A DNA stretch of 63,333 bases, filler included, from Choristocarpus tenellus KU-1152 (lineage: Eukaryota > Protista > Phaeophyceae): assembly GCA_964200185.2 (NCBI GenBank). It is 12 parts of 12 records of this genome, joined end to end, with 100 filler letters (N's around TTAATTAATTAA, not from the genome) between each part and the next. Parts side by side here need not be neighbours in the genome. Positions count along the whole stretch, not along the records: positions 52,894 to 55,478 come from CAXNAD020026527.1; positions 55,579 to 59,502 come from CAXNAD020017118.1; positions 59,603 to 63,333 come from CAXNAD020018255.1; 9 more parts are not named here. One strand, given 5' to 3'. The position numbers were made by a program, and so were the translations under genes. Each line of letters begins with the position of its first letter. Position 1 is the first letter of the stretch. This document shows, in pieces, positions 53,701 through 63,333 of the stretch. Under the pieces are notes generated by a model. That model did no database searches and was not told the origin of the DNA. It worked only from the letters and a program-made list of their open reading frames with translations.

Positions 53701-55419
53701 GCAATATTCTTACTGGTGGTTGTACTATTTGTATTTACATAGATATGTTTGAAACACTTTTCCAGGCTCCGACTGGGCCAGCCTGCCGATCGGGCTGTTA
53801 AAACTTGTTGACAACCCTGTACCAGCCCTGTTGCTTGTCCTCGAACACCCTGTCAGAAAGACTTTTTTGACAGGGCCAGGCCATTGTCCAGACGGTAGAA
53901 ATTTGTTGACGATCCTCAACTGGATGTTTTCGCAAGTGTAGGAGTATGAACGGTTGGAGGACTGCTTGTTTTACACTTTGACAGCCTTACGAAATACCCT
54001 TAAAAATGTTTAACATTGGATTTTCCACTATGACCACTACTTGCAACAAGGAGGGAGCAGGCCGGCACAAATGTATAGATGGTAGGCCAACCAAAAATAT
54101 AGCAACATCGATGATAATATCCTACTCTTCTTCTTCACAGACTGTTATTAATGCAGGTTTTTTGGAGGTGCATCATCACTATTTGAGTTCATCAGCACCA
54201 CCTTGCTTCCAATAATACTACTAGTAACGCAGAATGTGTCTGCTATTATTCTGAAGAATTGAAACACCCCGCTATATATTGAAAAGCATGCAAAGCCTAT
54301 TGGTTCCTTGTATCTCCAATTCACAAGGCTGTCGACATTTCAAGCTTGCTTCTATTACTGCAGCAAAAACATGATCCCTATCGGTATTACTGCCACCACG
54401 ACTACGGTTATTGTTGTACGAACTTCCACCAATTAACGTTAAAAATAATCGATCCCATTCTTAGTTTAAACGACACAATAAGAAGAAAAAAGGGAAACGC
54501 ACAACTACAATCGTCATCTCCTCATGGATCGATTGATTGGCCGGCTGAGTGGCAGACAAGCAGGTTCGTTCTCATTCTTCAAGATCATTGATACTGATCT
54601 TCATCTTCATCATAGACAAAATGCTAAATACTAAAATTAAAAACCATGCAAAAGAGACAACACTGAGCAAACTTGAGTGGCGAGCAGACTGAGGACACAC
54701 ACACACACACCACACCAAGAGTCATCATATCCATTTTATAGCCCCCTCGTCATTTGACATTCCAATCCAACCAATACACCTAAAAAAAACACATTTTTTT
54801 TGTGCCACATACACACAAGGTGGAACTTTTCACCCACCCCCTACACCTACACCAAAACCACATCATCATGATCGTACCATTAAAATAGTTGACCGCCCAC
54901 TCCAACCATTCTCGACTCCCCTCTCACAAAAAAGTTATAACTGATCGGGAAAGGCATAGAAAAAAGTCAGCTAACCCTAACCCTAAGTCAATACTTGTTG
55001 ACTGGAAGCGTAGCTGCCTCTCTTATTAAAAAACAACAACAAATGATTCAGAAATACACAGTAAACTTGTAGCCAATCTGTCGAAGTGCCGCTGTGAGGG
55101 AAAAACATATATCCTCGCACCGATCACAATACAGTCCAAAACTGCTCCCAATGATACTCTACCTAGAGCCGCCATACCATCCCCTCCGAAACAACCGCCA
55201 CTCCTCCTGTACCAGAAACCACCTTACCAAAGAACTGGCAGCTGCTGTCGGAACATCCCCCATCCCTCGTCCACCCCCCCTTCCAATATTTCCTACACAG
55301 GTAAAGTACATGCACTCCCGATGCCCGCTACCAAAATAACATCTACAGTGCCGATACTTGAGGAGGTGCAGCAGGTTCTCCCCATCATCGTAGCATATCC
55401 TTTGCCTGTCCTCCCCCCC

Positions 55420-55478
<59 letters not shown>

Positions 55479-56139
55479 NNNNNNNNNNNNNNNNNNNNNN
55501 NNNNNNNNNNNNNNNNNNNNNNTTAATTAATTAANNNNNNNNNNNNNNNNNNNNNNNNNNNNNNNNNNNNNNNNNNNNCAAGCAATCTCGCCAGGTTTAT
55601 CACCTTTATGTTCTTTGATGATTTTGGGGATACTTTAACAAGAGATGAGGCTGGGGCATGGTGGGCGAGGGTTGAGAGCCTCAGACTACCATGTTTTCAA
55701 TCCGTACTGATTGGCTGCGATTAGTCAGCAAAGAAAACACAACCCCCTCTTTCCTGCTTTGAATCCACCATTCATCACAAAGTTACTGCGAGCTGTTTGT
55801 ACATCTGACCCACGCCGCTTTGCACCTTCGCTGATTTCATCGGCAAAATGTGACGTGTGCATTGAATGATCAATTCACATGGTGTCTCATATCATTGTGT
55901 TGGTGTGTTTGATATCTCACAATATTCTTTATTATTATTCATCACTTTTTGTGGGGACCCTGCACAGTGTACTATTACTTCTCATGCTACTAACTTGCCT
56001 AACAGTTGCACCACAATAAATTCCACTTCCTCCTGCATGCCTTGCGTGTTGGTGCAGAGCACCCCTACCACTCCTTAATTCTCTCTCCTCCCTCGTAATG
56101 TTGTACATACTCCTCCATCCACAACCAATCTTCGCCACG

Positions 56140-56500
56140 ACGATCCAGATCTTCTGCTTCCTTATTTGAAGTTTACCAGAGATAGTAAGGTGGAGGAGTA
56201 CCTACCCAATGAACTTCGGGACAAATGACCTCTTAGAGTCAACTTCTTGGGGAGAAAAGTTTGGTCTCGACTGCTTTTCGAACTCTGGCATTCCCTTGAA
56301 CTAATAATGCGGACATACTATCGCCTGAACTATACTGGTAAGCTGACATCATATACATACTCTGTGGAGGATGGTGTTTTGATGATGACCTAATTAAGTG
56401 AAGATAAACACAATATACAAATCATCATTCCGTATGAACTGAGGATACTGTATTATATCAAGACAAATCATATGAGTAGCCCATGTTTTAATACCCTTTC
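56140..56500 (+). pseudogene. Possible Gypsy pol remnant (RNaseH-integrase linker)
   Basis: YSVEDGVL...IQIIIPYELRIL...H motif, interrupted by stops. Confidence 0.35.
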
Positions 56501-57660
56501 ACCCACATCGAATTGTACCTTAGAGGATATACAACCTACAATGTCAACTGTTCTTTATAACAACACACCTCTGCTTCCTCTCATCAACGACAGAAGAAGA
56601 AGCCACCTTACCCTCATCTGACAAGTCGTAGTCACCGTATATTCTCCTGAATATTATTACTATATTTTAACTATTCTTCACATTATAGTTATTCTGTATA
56701 TTATGGAGGGGTATTGATTCACCAACGTGCAAATGGTGATGGTTCCTTCATGCAGAATCATATGTTATTACTAAACAACCCCTAACATACAAGTGAAGTA
56801 ATGGCATCGCAGTTTCTAGCATACTGCTATTAAGAAGATATTCCAAATCTAATTCTGCTCTGAGATAGGAGAAACAAAATGTGCGGGAAAATGAAGATTT
56901 ACGGGGTAGAATTCATTAAAATAGTTGATATGTGAAGGTACAATCACCCCAAAGAATAAAACATCTGAAAATATGTAAGGAAAGATATACATGATTCGCA
57001 AGAATAAAATTCTCATTGGTGGGTATATGGAGGGTATAAGAAGAAGATGTTCTGCCGAACCAACTTATATTCTGAAGGAACGATTCACGTTGATATTGTG
57101 AGGCAGAGGCATTCTTGAGATTGTTTCTTGTGGAGAATGATGGGGGATACATCCATGTTTTGGATCAACGAGAAAGTGAGACCTCTTTCATAGCAGGTTC
57201 TGTTGTGAAGCTCCAGAATTAAAAGAACGCTCCAGAGCGATCTCACAAGTTCGACATTATATAACCCTGACTGATGACTAATGACTTTTTCTTCCATAAT
57301 GATGATGGGCATGATAGAGACCTCTTGATGATATATATACATAATGGTTGTAGTAATGGTTGATGATCTTGGATGCTAACTGTCTTGTTCCGTACAAGTA
57401 GAACCATAGAAGTACAGATCGCAAGACCGAACCTACTACAGGTGAAAGTAATGGGTTGTTGCATTGGCGGTAGATGTAAGTATTCCTAGAGAATACAAGT
57501 TTTGCTAGGGTGTCTCTTCTTTCCCATCAATGTAACAGGGATAACAATACCTCCAGTGCCTGTTGTAACTGGCCATGCCCTAAGATTTCTTACGAGGTGT
57601 GTGATCGTTTGTGTGAGTGTTGGATCAAGTCCACGAGGTTGGGTACTTAAACTATGGTAG

Positions 57661-59183
57661 ACATGAAGAGTAACGGAGGGGCAGTCCTTCGTGCTGGAGC
57701 AGTGACTCCCTATCACGGTAACACCAGGGGCATAGACACGGGACAAGAGCTGAACGAAGGATTAGAGGTTCCGGATAGAGTTCGGTCCCTTGGCTCTCAA
57801 GCTACTCCAGGCGACTATGGTGAAGCAGGGAAGAGGCCCATGGTCGATGTTCATGAGCACGATCATTCCACAACGAAGTCGACTGCTTTTTCGGGCAAGG
57901 CCCGCCTTCCTGCAGCCTCTCCTGTTCTTCGGACGGGTTGGTGGCAACAGGTACCTTCTCCCATAACGAAGTCTCGTCTCGAGGCAGTCATATGGGCGGG
58001 AATTCCTCCGTCCAAACCAGGTGGTGATCAACCAAAAAACAATGGAGATGAAGTGCACTTCATGGAAGATGTCCAAGAGGGGTTGACGAAGGGTACCGAT
58101 GGAGGGGAGCCCCTAGTGAAGCCAGTGACACAGGTATGTGCCCTAAACTGTACTTTCTATTGGAGAGTGCAAGAGTTCCCACTCCAAGTTCATTCCGCAC
58201 TCCTACTTGTGCGTATATCCTTGGTTATTTAATTTTTCTCAACAGCAAGCTCCCACTCACACTACTCTACGCGCTGCCCTCCGCACGCGATTTTCCTTTA
58301 TCGATCCAAGTTGGCCATTCCCTCAGGACCCTACGAACCACCGTCTCCTTCTTGTGCCAACGCCCCAACCTTTCTCCACAAGTCCTCATCGACAGACACC
58401 TGGGATGCCTCTCCACCCACCGTATATCCTCCGGAGGACCCCCGGAGCATCGACAACGTCCAAAGCCCTATCCACAACGATTCCCGCCAGTCCTTGCCCG
58501 CCCTGGTCGTTGATAATTCATCTTCGTGGTCTGCCGAGTGTCCGCCATCCCGAACTGAAGCGACACCACACAACTGTCGTTCGCCCCCTTCGCCATCCTC
58601 TGCCCCCATGCAAACTCTGAAAAAGGAGTCGAAGCCAGAGAGTGCAGTAATGAAAAAGACACTAGAAGAGGGAGAGGAATCCCTGCCGTTCTCACATCCA
58701 TCAGATATGATGGTGGCTGAGGGAACTTTACTGTATAACGACAGAAATAATGTGGCAGTTGGGCAATCTCAGGGTCTCACTGGTGGTATTGAGATAGATT
58801 TGGGGGTTGATACTGGGACAGGCATTGGGACAGGTGAAGGGGTCAGTCGCGGGTTGGGGGTATTGGCGATTATTACGGAAAGGAAGGCAGGGACAATCGA
58901 TCTGGAGTCTGCAGCTGTGAGGACCCAGTCCAACAAAGATGAGATGAAGCAGGGGGTATTGGGTGTGGTTATGGATAAGAAAACTGAGACCACAAGCAGC
59001 ACAATACCCAGTTACTCTAAAGTGATTCCAGAAGAAAAGAGGATCGGAGACGAGCAAGTCGTGGGCGGAACCAGCACACCTCACAGTACATCATCCAAGT
59101 GGACTAAGGGTGGGATGCAGAAAAGGGAGATCATCGCACGTGACAGGCACTCAGGTGGTGCAGGTAGCAGTAGTGAGAGATGA
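57661..59183 (+). CDS. Last two exons of an unidentified low-complexity (Ser/Pro/Gly-rich) protein
   Basis: Open frame from about 57661 to 58133 ending CAG|GTATG (5' boundary uncertain), then acceptor ccaag|TTG at 58311 and a 290-codon frame to the stop at 59183. Phases are compatible. No recognisable domain. Confidence 0.6.
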
Positions 59184-59946
59184 ACATGTTGGTATCTTGT
59201 GCTTATCTCTCCTAATCATATATTAGTGATCTAGATGAAATGTGTGCATGTGTGGGGATCATTTTAGTGACACTTTTGTGTGTTAAATGAATGAGCTGTT
59301 GAGTACATGACATTGAAGGTCATTTCTTGGATAACTTTATTTTTCCAGGTTTACTCAACCTTTGCTATCTGATTGATGCTCTATTGTGGTGCTTTCTGTC
59401 CTCTTATGTCCTCCCTAAGGTGAAGCAAATTGTCTATAACCCCCCCTCCTCGCCCCCCCCAACCCCCCCCCCACCCATACTTCCTCTCCCATACTCCCAC
59501 ACNNNNNNNNNNNNNNNNNNNNNNNNNNNNNNNNNNNNNNNNNNNNTTAATTAATTAANNNNNNNNNNNNNNNNNNNNNNNNNNNNNNNNNNNNNNNNNN
59601 NNCCCCTCCCCCCCAGTTCCTGTTGCTCCCTTCGATCTTTTTTTGAACCCGAAGAGGTCCGACTTGTTTCCTAGCTAGTCGAATTTCTTATCCGATCGAG
59701 GACAGACAGAAGGTGTCTAGAGATCGACCCTATCAATGGCTGTTTGTTGTTTGACCTGCTTATCAGACTTGTTGATGCATCTAATATAAGGGTAAGATAC
59801 GGTATCTTGTATTGATACTATCTGTGCATGTGTGTGTGTGTGTGAAGCACTTGCTTGGTTCTTGATGGGATTTGAGATTGGTTTGGATTAGGTGTCAAGG
59901 CATATATATATATATATATATATATGAAACGGATGGTATCTCTTTA

Positions 59947-60922
59947 CTCCCTCTGTCCCATAGGTCTGGGCCGTTAAGTTGTAGCTCTTCGGGATGACCT
60001 CCGATTACAAAACGGACTTTTGCGTTGAACTCCTTGGAATAGTTTACATCAAAAGACTAAATTTAAAAGAATTTTACTAAGAAAATGTTCCGAAATGGTT
60101 CCGAAAGAATGGAATGCGAAATGGGGCATATTCTTTCTCTCTCTCTGTCCCGGAAGTCTGTATCGTTATGGTTTTTTGTGAACAACCTTTTCAAATATGA
60201 GATTCAGAATCTATAAATTGTATCATTCGATGGCCAACTCCATCGGCTTGCACATAGATGTCTTCAAAATATCTTTTCATTTCGAAATGGATGAGACCCC
60301 TTTCTGAACACAATCGTCTTCTTTCGGAAATGGCAGATTTCGCGAAAACAGCAAAACCGGCCGAAAATGGCTGGAAATGATGGTTAATCGGCCATAACGT
60401 CTCAACGAGACCTCATGAAGACGCGGTTTGTTGCATTGGATTCCTTGGCATTTTTCACATCAAATGAATTACTTGCCACTCTCATTTTCTCCTGAGGGCG
60501 TTCTGGATCACTTGATCCCCATTGACAGAGACGCGTACAACGCAGCCGAAACTTGGTGGATTGAGGGAGAGAATGAAAGTGATGAGGAATTAATGCATTG
60601 TAAAAATTGCCGAGCAAACCAACGCAACTAAACGCGTCTTCATCGGAAGTCTCGTTGAGACATTATGGCCGATTAACCATCATTTTCAGCCATTTTTTGG
60701 TCGATTTTGCTGTTTTTGGTAAATTTGCCATTTCCGAAAAAAAAAAGTGTTCAGAAAATGGTTTCTCAACCATCTCGAAAGGAAAACATATTTTGAACAT
60801 ACCTATGTGCAAGCTGAAGTTGTCGGCTTTCAAACAATATTATTTGTAGTTTCTGTATCTCACATTTGAAAAGGTTATTCACAAAAAAACCATAACGACC
60901 CAGACCTATGGGACAGAGGGAG
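59947..60922. mobile_element. Stowaway/mariner-like non-autonomous foldback element
   Basis: TA|CTCCCTCTGTCCCATAGGTCTGGG...CCCAGACCTATGGGACAGAGGGAG|TA. Internal imperfect inverted repeat of about 340 bp (about 60139-60480 versus 60585-60922). Confidence 0.85.
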
Positions 60923-61808
60923 TATGTTACCCACCCAAGTGACAAAAGCAATCTGGTCGTCAGTACCACAGGACCTAGTAGTAGACTCGATGCTGTCCCT
61001 TTTCTTGGATGCATCCTATGTTGCTTGTGCCCTTAATGGTTGTTGATACTATTCCTGAACCAGAGTGGGTTTTCTTATGAGATGTCATTGGACTTTAGTG
61101 AGTGGTACCATTTAAGAGGGGGGGGGGGTGCCGTTTTGTTTTTTGTCAACTACAGCTGCCTTAGGCATACAAAAGGTCTTTTGAGCATTGTGGAGGGTGC
61201 TTTAGGCTAACAGTGTGTTCACTGGTAATCTTCTCCTGAAGGGGATTCACTGCATTCAGGCATGGGTGCGATGGTTGTACATTGAACAATATTCAGAAAG
61301 GCCTTGAAACTCAAGAAAGGTCAAAAACGATTCTCCCCTAAGATGGCTTCACTCTCTCTACCCCCCTTCTCTCCCAAAGTGATTGTTGTTGCCATGCACA
61401 GGTAGTATTTGTCGAGCATTGCGGACTGAGGCACCAAGTGTGTGGGCCCTCATTTTCGGAGTTCGATCTTCGCAACCTACTTCCAAGTATATTTTCGAGC
61501 AGTTACGATTCTAACCATTAATGTGGCAGTTACTCCTGTAACTAACTCCCTCTTCCAGCGCTGCGCAACTGTCCCATTCAAAAATCGCCATCCAAGGTGC
61601 ACAAAGCCCTCTATAAATGTTACCCTGGAAAAACCTGTATATAGAGTAGAACACTGTGCTGTATGCGGCGGAGTACTGAGAATGCACAGGCCTCGATGTA
61701 TTTAATTAAGGAGCCGTGCATGTTAGTATAGTGTACACGGAGTCTTGCATATTAGTATGGTATACAAGGAGCAACACACCACCGCCCCCCTTTTACTTTA
61801 ATTGACAG

Positions 61809-61982
61809 GTGGGAAAGGCTGCCCCAAAGAACTTGGACGACATTCCCAAGCTCCAGGAGTGCCTCCTTCCCCTTCCACCTTCATCGCTGTCTCCTGCTGA
61901 TCATTCCCCTTCCTCGGGGAGGAAGGCAGGGGTGAGCAAGAATATTGTCCTCTACTCTGAGAGATTGGCGGAGCTGGAGATG
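61809..61982 (+). CDS. Probable internal exon of an unidentified protein
   Basis: ttgacag|GTG acceptor and ATG|GTAAG donor enclose 58 stop-free codons (VGKAAPKNLDDIPKLQECLLP...IVLYSERLAELEM). Confidence 0.5.
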
Positions 61983-63333
61983 GTAAGGAAGTCATTTCGT
62001 GGGGATTAGGGGCAGCAGGCACCCTCTGCTACTTTGAATCTGCCTTGATTTGAAGTAAACAGCAATGTACAGATTACTCCCGAGTATAACATTAGAAAAA
62101 AAGGTGTAAGTTTCGTTTTTGGACCGGGTGTGTAGATAGTGTTTGTCACACAAGTGTGTTCCCATATATTAGTCCCTTTATGTCTATCTTAGATTCTACC
62201 AGTGATAATAATAATGTCAGCCCGGAGCGGAACATTATTAGTACACATGAATGCACCGGATTGTATGCTACACTTCTGAAGTCCTTTTAACTCTGTTAGG
62301 GTAAAGAGATTGAACAAGCCGGACGTCATTTTTCACAGAGCTTTTTGGGAGGTTATGTGTGTGGGCAGAGGCCCTGGTGAGTCCATTGAGCTGATGGTAT
62401 TGTGTAGTAGAATATCTTCTACCCCCCAAAACCTCTCGGATGTCATCAATCAATAGCCTCGCTTGGAATCCTGACTAAGATACTAAGATACTGCTTGTAT
62501 CCGCTAGGAATGGTTCCTTTGGTCATGCATAATAGTGTGTGCGAATAGGGCCCCGCTTACATTACTCTCACCTTGTGACTTTCACACAACTGTTGTTATC
62601 AATTCAAGTCAGGTTGTAGGCTGGCAGGTCAATATTTTACTCGATAGGGTTAGGGTTAGGAATTCCCTCTGATATCGTTGTTGCCTGGCTATTCCGACCA
62701 GTTCTCTCAACTGTTCTTTTGTCTCTTGGTGGGTCAATGTAAATTGAAATTGAGGGACAATGAGAAAAATAGGTGAGAAAATTTGACCCTATTTTCTTCA
62801 TAAATGTGTGTGTGAAGGATATTTTCTGAATTGTGTCAGAAAATTTTCAAATGGCAAGAGAAATAAACGCTCTCAGGTAAAACTTAGAACTTCATCATCC
62901 ATAAGATAAAAATATGGGTGAATGGCAAAAGGTTCAAAAACAGACTTCAAATGCAAATTGGCCTGAACCTGAGAACCTCTTTGTACTTCGGTTCGATTCC
63001 TGTACTCCTGTACCCCTGTACCCCTGTTTCGCAATGGGATGGATGAACTCCCTCAGCTTGTACCTCTCCAACATATCCCTCACCCCCTGCCCCTCCCCCA
63101 GTTCAAGATGAAGATGGGAGGTTCTACATAATGGCAGTCGAATTCATGACAAGGGGAAGGGCCTGTCCCTGTGCATGTGTGTATTCTTAGGCATCAAACT
63201 TTTTTGTCAGACTGCCTTCTTGGGCTTTCAGCTCAGGCATTGGGCGTTCAAGTTCCCTCAAGCGCTTACTGACTGTTGTTGTGTAGCCATGGAGCATGGA
63301 GGGCATGGGGGGGAAGGGGGGGGAAGGAGGGCG

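Noticed and set aside
52664-55530. Poly-proline ORFs at 52664 and 55321
   Set aside because: They are translations of poly-C runs at low-quality contig ends.
4793-59601. Regularly recurring palindrome TTAATTAATTAA as a biological repeat
   Set aside because: It is always centred in an identical 100-bp N block, so it is an assembly linker with six-frame stops.

Overview
This is eukaryotic, intron-rich genomic DNA. The long GT-AG introns, RTE-type LINE fragments, TTAGGG motifs and gene content suggest a brown alga or related stramenopile (inference only). The window is a pseudo-scaffold of 12 contigs joined by 11 artificial 100-bp linkers (N44-TTAATTAATTAA-N44), so adjacency across linkers cannot be trusted. 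Four recognisable spliced genes, all partial, can be rebuilt exon by exon with consistent phases: the 3' end of a DUF900-like alpha/beta hydrolase (minus, 7910-11061), the 5' part of a secreted right-handed beta-helix (pectin-lyase-fold) protein (minus, 15763-17807), the 3' half of a GH38 alpha-mannosidase (minus, 37891-49634) and internal exons of a GH37 trehalase (plus, 49857-51662). There are also a few unidentified exons. The rest is repeat-rich: an old, internally deleted Gypsy LTR element inside a mannosidase intron, LINE and Gypsy fossils, several related MITE families, and a Stowaway/mariner-like foldback element. The most unexpected feature is a short stop-free fragment resembling a prokaryotic IS701-family transposase on the trehalase contig. 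I found no CRISPR array, rRNA or tRNA, and I cannot support a complete novel multi-gene system.
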